Of a stretch of DNA of 64,000 nucleotides, positions 21,002 through 30,867 are shown piece after piece (the first letter of the stretch is position 1; every line of letters begins with the position of its first letter). The position numbers and the translations under genes were made by a program. The notes below the pieces were generated by a model. It saw nothing but the letters and a program-made list of their open reading frames with translations. It ran no database searches and was not told the DNA's origin. This DNA comes from an uncultured delta proteobacterium (lineage in GTDB: Bacteria > Myxococcota_A > Polyangia > Polyangiales > Polyangiaceae). The stretch is from assembly GCA_963782055.1 (NCBI GenBank), contig CAWAIF010000003.1, positions 5,824,001 to 5,888,000 on the forward strand, written 5' to 3'.

Positions 21002-22366
21002 TCAGGGCGCTTCGCACGCGAGCGAGAGCGCCATGTGCCGGCGACCGTCGAACGTGGAGACGGGCGGGTCGACGTCCCGCGCCACGAGCGTGCATTGGCC
21101 GGTGGCGAGCGCGGCGCTCACGTCGGACGGTGGCGGCGCCGGGGCTCGCGCGGCAGCGGCCGGCGCGATGGCGGGCGGCGGCGCGGGGGCCCGTCGTGCC
21201 GACACGACGCGCAGCAGGACCATGGAGCCCACCGCGCCGAGGGTGAACGCCGCGACCGCCACGACCCAGCGCCACGAGCGGCGCCAGCGCGACGACGGCC
21301 GGGCGGCGCGCGACGGCGTGGCGGGGACCGGCGTCCGCGCCGGCGCGCTCCGCGGCGGCGGCGGCACGCTCTGGAGCCTGGCGTGCTCCTGCGCCACACG
21401 GCGCGCCGCGTCCCGCAGCAGCGAGAGGTCGGCGAGCAGCTCGTCGGCGGTCTCGTAGCGGTCCTCCGGCTTGCGCGTGAGCAGGCGGGCGACGAGCGCC
21501 TCGAAGCCGCGGGCGACGCGGTCCCCGCGCCCGGTCTCCAGCGGCGGCGGGTCGGTGGTCAGCTTCCGGCGCATCAGGTCCGCGCCGTGCTCCGAATGGA
21601 AGACCTTCTGACCCGCCACGGCCCGGAAGAGGATCGCGCCGAGCGCGTAGAGGTCGGCGGCCGGCGTCACGTCGCGCGACGAGAGGATCTGCTCCGGGGC
21701 CATGTACTCGGCCGTGCCCAGCGCGCGGTGCGCGGCGGTGATCTCGGTGAGCATCTCGTCCTCCGGGCGCTCGCAGCCCTCCGCCACCATGCGGCTCACG
21801 CCCAGGTCGATGAACACCGCGCGGTGTGAGCCGTCGCGCAGGGGCCGCAGGATGATGTTGGCGGGCTTCACGTCGCGGTGCACGACGCTCGCCGCGTGCA
21901 GCTCGCGCAGCGCGCTGGCGATGTCCATGCCCAGCTCGATCGCCTCCTCTACCGCGAAGCGCTTCGAGGTGAGGACGGCGGCGAGCGAGGGCCCCTCGAC
22001 GAGCTCCATCACGATCACCGGCCCGTGCCGGCCGTCGACGAAGTCGAGCACCCGCGCGACCTGCTCGCTGTGGATCTGCGCGAGCAGGAAGGCCTCGCGC
22101 TGGAATCGCGCGACGACCTCCGGGATGCCGAAGGCCTCCGGCCGCAGGACCTTCATGGCGACGCGCAGCCTGAGCAGGACGTGCTCGCCCGCCCACACCT
22201 CGCCCATCCCGCCCGTCGCGATCTTGTGGTGCACGCAGAAGGTGCGGCCGACCATCGTTCCGGGTGTCAGGCGCTGCGGCGCGCGGCTCCCCCGGTGCTC
22301 CGAGAGGTCGCGCAGGTGCGCGGTGGTCCCCCGCGGCGGACGTCCGATGGATGTGGATGTGGCCAT
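21002..22366 (-). CDS. Membrane Ser/Thr protein kinase
   Basis: ATG 22366 after AAGGGAG; GGMGEVW, VAMK, HRDVKPAN, DLG, YMAPE; TM helix. Confidence 0.9.
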   Translation of the reverse strand: MATSTSIGRPPRGTTAHLRDLSEHRGSRAPQRLTPGTMVGRTFCVHHKIATGGMGEVWAGEHVLLRLRVAMKVLRPEAFGIPEVVARFQREAFLLAQIHSEQVARVLDFVDGRHGPVIVMELVEGPSLAAVLTSKRFAVEEAIELGMDIASALRELHAASVVHRDVKPANIILRPLRDGSHRAVFIDLGVSRMVAEGCERPEDEMLTEITAAHRALGTAEYMAPEQILSSRDVTPAADLYALGAILFRAVAGQKVFHSEHGADLMRRKLTTDPPPLETGRGDRVARGFEALVARLLTRKPEDRYETADELLADLSLLRDAARRVAQEHARLQSVPPPPRSAPARTPVPATPSRAARPSSRWRRSWRWVVAVAAFTLGAVGSMVLLRVVSARRAPAPPPAIAPAAAARAPAPPPSDVSAALATGQCTLVARDVDPPVSTFDGRRHMALSLACEAP

Positions 22367-22397
22367 GCGTCGCTCCCTTCTCCGATGAGGGGGGCGA

Positions 22398-22413
22398 TGC
22401 AAGGCAGAGGCCG
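22398..22413 (-). promoter_or_regulatory. Sigma54-type promoter for the kinase gene
   Basis: Minus strand CGGCCTCTGCCTTGCA, GG-N10-GC with TTGCA. Confidence 0.55.
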
Positions 22414-22473
22414 ACTCGCGCGCGGAAGGTGCGCGACGTCCCGTCGCCCGCCCCAGCGCCCTCCCCATAGAAA

Positions 22474-22493
22474 AAAAACACTCGTTTGTTTTT
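22474..22493. promoter_or_regulatory. AT-rich palindrome, probable TetR operator
   Basis: AAAAACA-ctcgtt-TGTTTTT next to TTGACC-17-CATCGT promoter of tetR. Confidence 0.65.
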
Positions 22494-22532
22494 ATTGTTG
22501 ACCGCCCGGAGCGCGCGGCGCATCGTCCGGCC

Positions 22533-23165
22533 GTGGTCACCCGAACCCGAAGCACGCGTCCCGACGCCAGTCGCATCCTCGACTCCGGGTCGCGCGAGTT
22601 CGTTCGCCGCGGCTACGCCCACACCTCTCTGCGCCAGCTCATGGCGGCGGCGCGCGTCTCGACCACCGCCTTCTACGCCCGCTTCTCCTCCAAGGAGGCG
22701 GTCCTGCGCGCGCTGGTCCAGCGGCTGCTCGAGCAGCTCGACGCGCGGACCCGCCACGATCTCGCGCTCGCGCGCGGCATCGACGACGGCTTCCGGCGTG
22801 GCGTCGACGCGCTCGTCGCCGTGCTCGGGCCCCAGCGCGATCTGGTGCGGATCGTGCTGACCGAGGCCGCGGCGAGCGCCGAGGTCACCGAGCTCCTCGG
22901 CGCGCGCTACGCCTCCCTCGCGGCGCTGCTCTCCGCGCACATCGGGGCGATGGAGGAGGCGGGCGGCGCCGCGGAGGTCGACGCCGACGCGCTGGCGTGG
23001 AGCCTGGTCGGCGCGCTGCACATGCAGGTCCTGCGGTGGGCCGTCTACCGGCAGCTCGACACGGCGGCGCTGGTGCCGGCCCTCCACGCCGTCGCGGCGA
23101 CGCACCTGCCCGCGCTGCGGCCACAACCCGGGCGCCGTCCGAAGGGACGTCGCGGCACGAACTAG
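22533..23165 (+). CDS. TetR/AcrR family transcriptional regulator
   Basis: RILD....F..RGY..TSLRQL...A.VS...FYARFSSKE. Confidence 0.92.
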   Translation: MVTRTRSTRPDASRILDSGSREFVRRGYAHTSLRQLMAAARVSTTAFYARFSSKEAVLRALVQRLLEQLDARTRHDLALARGIDDGFRRGVDALVAVLGPQRDLVRIVLTEAAASAEVTELLGARYASLAALLSAHIGAMEEAGGAAEVDADALAWSLVGALHMQVLRWAVYRQLDTAALVPALHAVAATHLPALRPQPGRRPKGRRGTN

Positions 23166-23179
23166 AGAGGTACGAGGCC

Positions 23180-24172
23180 ATGCTCACCCGATCCGCGACC
23201 CACGTTCCCGTCCTCGCGATGCAGTGCCTGGTGCTGAGCGCCATGCTCGGTCTGCCCGCCTGCGGGGCGAGCCCGACGGACCCCGGCGACGAGGACGCCG
23301 GCCCCACCGCCGACGCGGCGTACGCCGACGCGGGCCCCGACGAGGCGGGCGAGCAGGACGCCGCCCCGACGAGCGACGCGGCGCCCGACGCGGCCGACGC
23401 GGCCCCCGACGCCGGTCCCCCGCCCGGCATGCTCGACACGAAGGTGGTCGCGCACATCGTGGAGCCGGAGGGCGGCGGCAAGGACGACGCCGGGCACTCC
23501 TACACCGACAAGAACTACTGGAACTTCTGCACGCCGGGGGCCGCCGCCGTCGCGCTCTACTACTTCCGGCCCGGCGACGTGAGCGGCTGGCCCGCCGGCA
23601 ACTTCAAGGAGCCGTCCAACGCGCCCTCCACCATCCCGAGCGCCGGGACGCACTGGGCGTCGAGCGACAAGGTCAACGGCTACCAGACCTACGGGCGCGC
23701 CTACGTGATGCACCTCGCCGAGCAGGTGAAGCCCCCGTCCTACGTGAGCGCGGGGATGGCGAACTTCTCGACGTACCCCACCACCGGCGCCAGCCTCGTG
23801 GACGCGCGCGACGCGATGAACTGGGAGGCGTCCGGCCACGCGAAGGGCTGGTCGACCTTCTTTTACTCCATCGTCAGCTACAAGGGCCTCACGGAGGCGA
23901 AGCTCCACTCCGACGTCAAGAAGACGATCGACGGCGGCCACGCGGTGGTGGTCGCGGCCGACACGGGCTACCTCCCCAACTGGTCGCGCAGCCTCAGCCA
24001 CGCCATCACCGTCGTGGGCTACGACGACAAGGCGACGACGTACAAGTACACCGACACCTGCGGCATTCACTGCAACGGGTCGTCGAAGGCCAAGAACGGC
24101 GGCGTGTGGAGCATCGCGCAGGCCAAGCTGTACAAGGCCATCGAGGCGGACGGCGCCGGCTACATCAAGTGA
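23180..24172 (+). CDS. Lipoprotein with papain-fold (C39-like) cysteine peptidase domain
   Basis: LPAC lipobox; NFCTPGAA (Cys), SHAITVVGYD (His), YTDT (Asp). Confidence 0.65.
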   Translation: MLTRSATHVPVLAMQCLVLSAMLGLPACGASPTDPGDEDAGPTADAAYADAGPDEAGEQDAAPTSDAAPDAADAAPDAGPPPGMLDTKVVAHIVEPEGGGKDDAGHSYTDKNYWNFCTPGAAAVALYYFRPGDVSGWPAGNFKEPSNAPSTIPSAGTHWASSDKVNGYQTYGRAYVMHLAEQVKPPSYVSAGMANFSTYPTTGASLVDARDAMNWEASGHAKGWSTFFYSIVSYKGLTEAKLHSDVKKTIDGGHAVVVAADTGYLPNWSRSLSHAITVVGYDDKATTYKYTDTCGIHCNGSSKAKNGGVWSIAQAKLYKAIEADGAGYIK

Positions 24173-25755
24173 GCCGTCTGCGCCGGAGTGGCGACTGGCC
24201 GGCGCTCGCCGCGCGGGCGGCGTAGCGCCGGGTCGGAGGGTCGCCAGTCCTCGAGCCGCACCGCCGGGTGGACCGGCACCCGGTAGCGTCGCGTCTTCAC
24301 GCGGTCGAAGCTCGTCGCCCCCTGGCTCACGGTCGGGATGTGGGAGAAGGAGATCGCCGCGTGGAACATGCGGTAGTGGAAGAAGTTCTTCTGCACCATC
24401 AGGTCCGCGCGCCGCGGCTCGACGCCCAGCTGGCGCCAGAACTTGGGGTGAATCGGCAGCGGCGGCCGCTCCGAGACGGCGACGTGGAGCGAGCCGACCG
24501 AGAGCCGCACGACGCGCCCGAAGTCGCCGTCGCTGCGCGCCGCGACGGTCGCCTCCAGCGGCACCTCCGGCTGCCCGTAGCCGGGCGTGCCGCGCAGGAT
24601 CACCTTCACGGTGGTGCCGAGCGGCGCCTCCCACGTGGCGTCCACCGCCGCGGGATCGTGCACCGGCACCAGCGCGGTGAGGCCGCGGGAGTCGCGCGCG
24701 AGCTCCGCCACGAAGTGCGTGTTGCCGCCCGGCGCGCCGGCGCCGACGATGTCGTCCACGTCCACCAGGCTGACGGGACCGAGGCGCCGCCAGGGGCTGC
24801 GCGCCACCTCGTCGACCGCAGCGGCGACGCTGCGCAGCTCCGGCAGGGCGACCTCACGCTCCGCCCACGCGGCGTCGGCGAGCTCGTCGGCGAGCCTGTC
24901 GGCCAGCGCGGGGTCGCCGTCGGTGGAGACGTGGACGGCCCAGCCCATGTCCTCCGCCGACGTGTAGGGGTGCACCATGAAGAGGCTGACCGAGACGACG
25001 CGGGGGTCGCGCTCCATCCTGCGCATCCGCCGGAAGACCTTCCGCATGGGCGCGAGGAAGTCGATCGTCACGCCGCCGCCGAGCACCACCGGCAGCTTGC
25101 GCCAGGCGTGCACCGGGTGGATCTGCCCGCGCAGCGCGCGGACGAGCCGCGAGCCGGCGCGGAAGCCCGTCGGCGCGAGGTCCCAGTGCGGGTTGGTGCG
25201 GTAGGCGACGAGCACCTCGACCGGCGCGACCATCTCCTCCGAGAGGTTGCCGTGCAGGTCATAGCTCACCGCGATCTTCGCCTCCGGCCCGAGCGCCTCG
25301 CGGGCCCGCCGCAGGATGAGCGCCTCCGGGTGCTCGTCCAGATCCCGCACCTCCATCGACCCGTGCAGCGCCAGGTACAGGCCGTCGAGCGGGCCGGCGG
25401 CGCGGATCCGCTCCACCATGTCGCCGAGGATCCACTCGAAGCACTCGCGCGTGAGCGGCCCGCCGGGCACCGCGAGACGCGAGGCCAGCGGCACGGTGGT
25501 GACGCCGCCGGCGACGCGGGCGGCCTGCACGAAGCCGGACAGCTCGGCGTGCGCCATGTACCCGGCGAGCTCCTTGCCGCCGAGCGACGCGGCCTCCCCG
25601 AGCGCGTCGCCCTCCAGGGAGTGCATGCGATCGAAGTCCTCGCGCGTGGTCGAGAGCGGCGAGTACGCGTTCGCCTCGTGGAAGATGCGCCCGTAGCCGA
25701 TGCGCAGCGGGCGCCCGCCGCGCCCGAGCGTGCGAAGGAAGCCGCGCGCGCTCAC
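24160..25755 (-). CDS. M81 (MlrC-like) metallopeptidase/amidohydrolase
   Basis: GTG 25755 overlaps upstream stop; FHEANAYSP, YLALHGSM, YDLHGN, YRTNPH. Confidence 0.88.
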   Translation of the reverse strand: MSARGFLRTLGRGGRPLRIGYGRIFHEANAYSPLSTTREDFDRMHSLEGDALGEAASLGGKELAGYMAHAELSGFVQAARVAGGVTTVPLASRLAVPGGPLTRECFEWILGDMVERIRAAGPLDGLYLALHGSMEVRDLDEHPEALILRRAREALGPEAKIAVSYDLHGNLSEEMVAPVEVLVAYRTNPHWDLAPTGFRAGSRLVRALRGQIHPVHAWRKLPVVLGGGVTIDFLAPMRKVFRRMRRMERDPRVVSVSLFMVHPYTSAEDMGWAVHVSTDGDPALADRLADELADAAWAEREVALPELRSVAAAVDEVARSPWRRLGPVSLVDVDDIVGAGAPGGNTHFVAELARDSRGLTALVPVHDPAAVDATWEAPLGTTVKVILRGTPGYGQPEVPLEATVAARSDGDFGRVVRLSVGSLHVAVSERPPLPIHPKFWRQLGVEPRRADLMVQKNFFHYRMFHAAISFSHIPTVSQGATSFDRVKTRRYRVPVHPAVRLEDWRPSDPALRRPRGERRPVATPAQTAHLM

Positions 25756-27191
25756 GAGAACAGCTCCCCCATGAAGAGGATCACCAGGCGCTCGCGCACC
25801 GCCGGGGAGGCGGCGTTGAGGAGGCGGTGGATGGTGGCCGCGTGCGCGGGGAGCTGCCCGTCGGTGATCCCGAGCTGCGCGACGATGGCGCCGGCGTCGA
25901 TGCCGGCCGTGTCGTCGGCGGCGCCGAGCATGGCCAGCATCGCGACCACCTCCGCCGGCGGCGCGACGGTGGGAGGCAGGTCGGCGGTGCACTCGCGCAG
26001 GTCCCTGGCCAGGTCCGCGGCGCGCGCGGCGTTGGTCGGGTCGATGGTCAGGTGGATGTGCGCGGGGGAGGGCCCGAACGCGTAGGTCGGCTGCACGTGC
26101 CAGCCGCGTTCGGTGAGGCGGTCGGCCAGCTCGAAGACGTCCCCTCCCTCGGTGGTGAAGGCGAAGAGGTTCATGTCGGGGCGGCCGACCATCCGGATCC
26201 CCGGCGTCGCGTCCACGGCGGCGATGAGCACCTTGGTGGCGTCCCACATGCGCCTGGCGCGCTCGCGGTAGCCCTGCTTGCCGAGGTAGCCCATGAGCGC
26301 GAACGCGGCGCCCGTCGCGGCGGCGGACTTGGAGCCGAGCGTGGTGGAGTTGACGACGGTGTAGCCCGTCCACTTGCCGCACGCGTAGTACTGCGCGTCG
26401 CGCAGCGCGCGGGTGCGCTGCAACAGGAGCGACACCCCCTTCGGCGCGAAGCCGTACTTGTGGAGGTCGAGCGAGATGCTCGTGACGCCGTCGACGCGGA
26501 AGTCGAAGTCGGGCAGCTTCTCGCCCGCCTGCCGGAGGAATGGCAGCACGCAGCCACCGACGCAGGCGTCCACGTGCATCAGCGCGCCGTGCGCGCTCGC
26601 CAGCGCGGCGAGCTCGGCGATGGGGTCGATGACGCCCTGCGCGTAGCTCGGGGCGGAGCCCACCACCAGGATGACGTCGCCGTCCATCTTCGCCTTCGCG
26701 TCGTCGACGCGCGCGCGGAACGTCTCCGGGTCCACCTCGACGGGCACCACCTCCACGCCCAGGTAGTGCGCGGCCTTGTGGAAGCAGGCGTGCGCCGTCA
26801 CCGGCAGCAGCATCTTCGGCCGGGTGATCGCGGGGCGCGTCTTGCGCGCGTAGTCGCGCGCCGTCTTCACGGCGAGCATCACGCTCTCGGTGCCGCCGGC
26901 GGTGGCGGTGCCGACGCTGCCCTCCGGGCCGTTGAGCAGCTCCAGCCAGGCGCCGACGACCGCGTTCTCGATGGCGCGCGCGGAGGGATAGACCGTCGGG
27001 TCGAGCCCGTTGATCCCCATGCAGGAGGTGAACGCCTCGCGCGCGACGGCCTTGGCGTCCTCGCCGGGGTCGTAGACGAAGGCGAAGGCGCGGCCGTCGC
27101 TCTTCAGGTCGCGGGTGCGGGTGTCGGCGAGCGCGCCGAGGACGTCTTCGCGGCTGCGGCCGACTTCGGGGAAGGTGGTGGCGGATTTCAT
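25752..27191 (-). CDS. PLP-dependent decarboxylase/sphingosine-1-phosphate lyase-like protein
   Basis: ATG 27191 overlaps tetR stop; TAGGTES, HACFHKAAHY, HVDACVGG, SISLDLHKYGFAPKG. Confidence 0.88.
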   Translation of the reverse strand: MKSATTFPEVGRSREDVLGALADTRTRDLKSDGRAFAFVYDPGEDAKAVAREAFTSCMGINGLDPTVYPSARAIENAVVGAWLELLNGPEGSVGTATAGGTESVMLAVKTARDYARKTRPAITRPKMLLPVTAHACFHKAAHYLGVEVVPVEVDPETFRARVDDAKAKMDGDVILVVGSAPSYAQGVIDPIAELAALASAHGALMHVDACVGGCVLPFLRQAGEKLPDFDFRVDGVTSISLDLHKYGFAPKGVSLLLQRTRALRDAQYYACGKWTGYTVVNSTTLGSKSAAATGAAFALMGYLGKQGYRERARRMWDATKVLIAAVDATPGIRMVGRPDMNLFAFTTEGGDVFELADRLTERGWHVQPTYAFGPSPAHIHLTIDPTNAARAADLARDLRECTADLPPTVAPPAEVVAMLAMLGAADDTAGIDAGAIVAQLGITDGQLPAHAATIHRLLNAASPAVRERLVILFMGELFS

Positions 27192-27787
27192 GAGGCCTCG
27201 GGGTTTCTTTTCAGGGGAAGGAGGACGTGGGTCCACAGGAAGTCGTGTACGGGGGCGAGGTCGGCGCCGGTCATCAGGCGCTGCACCATCAGGCCGTCGG
27301 TGACCGCGCGCACCAGGTTGACCAGCGCGTCGGCGTCGCACGGCGCGACGACGCCCTGGCGGATGCCCTCGCGGATGCGGTCCGCCGCCGCGCGCCGGTG
27401 CGCCTCGAAGACGCGGTTGCCGATCTCGATGAGCTCGGTCACCCGCCCGCCGCTGGCGGCGATGGCCTGGCTGAGGAGGGTGATGCGCGCCTCCCGCCCG
27501 TGGTGGAAGGCGTGCACCGCGCGCACCTGCGCGATGAGGCGGTCGATCGGGTGCTCGTGCTCCTCCACCCGGGCGAGCACGTACGCCGCCTGCTCCACGA
27601 GCAGCGCCTGCAGCGCGGTCTCCACGATGTGGGCGCGCGTCGGGAAGTGATAGAGGAGCGTCGGCCGCTTGATCCCCAGCTCGTCGGCGATGCGGCTCAT
27701 CGGCACGTCGAAGCCGTCGCGGGCGAAGACGTCCACCGCCCGGCGGGCGAGGTCGAGGCGTTTCTCGGGTTCGGGGGGGCGCGCCAT
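27188..27787 (-). CDS. TetR/AcrR family transcriptional regulator
   Basis: MARP...MSRIADELGIKRPTLLYHFPTR. Confidence 0.92.
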   Translation of the reverse strand: MARPPEPEKRLDLARRAVDVFARDGFDVPMSRIADELGIKRPTLLYHFPTRAHIVETALQALLVEQAAYVLARVEEHEHPIDRLIAQVRAVHAFHHGREARITLLSQAIAASGGRVTELIEIGNRVFEAHRRAAADRIREGIRQGVVAPCDADALVNLVRAVTDGLMVQRLMTGADLAPVHDFLWTHVLLPLKRNPEAS

Positions 27788-27790
27788 TGT

Positions 27791-27830
27791 TTGACAGACC
27801 GTCAGATATCATTTCCTGACGATGTGTCAA
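27791..27830. promoter_or_regulatory. Paired TetR operators overlapping the promoter
   Basis: TTGACAGACCGTCAG-N10-CTGACGATGTGTCAA (13/15 inverted match); each half is TGAC..GTCA and contains TTGACA. Confidence 0.75.
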
Positions 27831-29056
27831 TACACAGTAAACCTTTCCTTGGTGGAATCCTCTCTGGGTCCGGTGCGCACGCGGCCGGCGGGCGGGGCCG
27901 GGAGCAGCTTCCCCGCACGGACCCGGGTGGCGGTGAGGCGCTCGTCCCACAGGGCCGCCCAGCGCCCGTCGGGGATCCGGCCGTGCGCCCGCAGCGTCGC
28001 GGGGTCCGCCCGCCCGACCAGCGGGGCCGTCCGCTCGCTCGCGGCGGTGGGGCGCGGGTAGCGATCCAGCGCGGCGAGCCCTGCCGCGATCGGATCGCGC
28101 ACGCGGGGTCCGTGCGCGTCGACGAGCCACTCCAGCAGCGCCCAGGAGAAGTCGGCGTGCGATCGCTCTTCGCGGGCGATCTGTTCGAGGACGGCGCGCG
28201 TGACTGGCTCGCGACACCCGGCCGCGCACTCCGCCGCCACGTCGGCGTTGAAGTCCTCGAGCTGGCACCCGTCGGAGAGGCTCTCCGTCGCCAGGGTGGC
28301 CAGCGGATCTGCCCCCGCCTCGAGGGCGCCGAGGAGCAGGTCGGGCATCGGCTCCACCGTGTGCGACCGCCCGCCGTAGCCCGCGGCCAGCGCGAAGCAA
28401 CGCCGTGTGTGGTCGATCTCCTCCATGGCCGCGCGGTGCGCCCACTCGGCGAGGCTCGCGGGCGCGCCGACCGCCGCCAGCAGCCAGGAGATGCGGGCGA
28501 ACGCCGGCACCGAGGCGTGCTCCTTCTGGGCGTCGTGCAGCCAGAGCGCCTCCAGCGCCCGCCGCGTGCCCGCGTCGAGCCCGGCGCCGTCGGGGCGCGC
28601 GCCGCGCGTCCAGTCGGCGCCCTCGCGGAGCTCGGGGTGCAGCTGCCGCCCGCGCACCCGGAGCGGGCGTCCCCAGGCGCCGCCGAGCATGATCCCGGAC
28701 TTCGCGACCTCGACGAAGATACCGAGAACCCACCCCACCGGCCCGCCGAGGGAGAGCAGGAAGCCGGCGACGGACCCGGCGAGGGCGAGCAGGCTCATCG
28801 GGGCGCCGGGTGGCCGGCGGCGGATGGCCACGACGAAGAGGATGCCGGCCACCAGCCCGGCCACCATCTGCACCACGGCGAACAGGGTGAAGAGGAGCGC
28901 CCACAGCCCCGCGGCGTCGGTCTTCCCGTCCATCGCCCCGGACAGGACGATGGCCAGGTTGACGCCCACGATGATCACGGCGACCAGAAAGAGGCCGGCG
29001 GCGAAGCCCGTCGCGCGGGAGGGCATGGCGGGGTGGGCGTACGGGTCGGGGGTCAT
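27827..29056 (-). CDS. Ferritin-like domain protein with N-terminal transmembrane helices
   Basis: ATG 29056 6 nt after TATGCT; EHASVPAF, EEIDH, LEDFN, EERSH carboxylate/His pattern. Confidence 0.75.
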   Translation of the reverse strand: MTPDPYAHPAMPSRATGFAAGLFLVAVIIVGVNLAIVLSGAMDGKTDAAGLWALLFTLFAVVQMVAGLVAGILFVVAIRRRPPGAPMSLLALAGSVAGFLLSLGGPVGWVLGIFVEVAKSGIMLGGAWGRPLRVRGRQLHPELREGADWTRGARPDGAGLDAGTRRALEALWLHDAQKEHASVPAFARISWLLAAVGAPASLAEWAHRAAMEEIDHTRRCFALAAGYGGRSHTVEPMPDLLLGALEAGADPLATLATESLSDGCQLEDFNADVAAECAAGCREPVTRAVLEQIAREERSHADFSWALLEWLVDAHGPRVRDPIAAGLAALDRYPRPTAASERTAPLVGRADPATLRAHGRIPDGRWAALWDERLTATRVRAGKLLPAPPAGRVRTGPREDSTKERFTVY

Positions 29057-29144
29057 CGCGCCAGCATACCGCCCGAACGCCGGCCGGCCGACGGACGGGC
29101 GCCCACCTTTACGGCCCCCTTCAACCCCGCTAAAGCTGCCCATC

Positions 29145-30860
<1,716 letters not shown>

Positions 30861-30867
30861 GGACGCC

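Noticed and set aside
24160..24172. Tail-to-tail overlaps here and at 57575-57597
   Set aside because: Short convergent overlaps are common in GC-rich genomes; no sign of function
24160..25755. Microcystin degradation cluster
   Set aside because: Only an MlrC-like family member; no mlrA, mlrB or mlrD in the window
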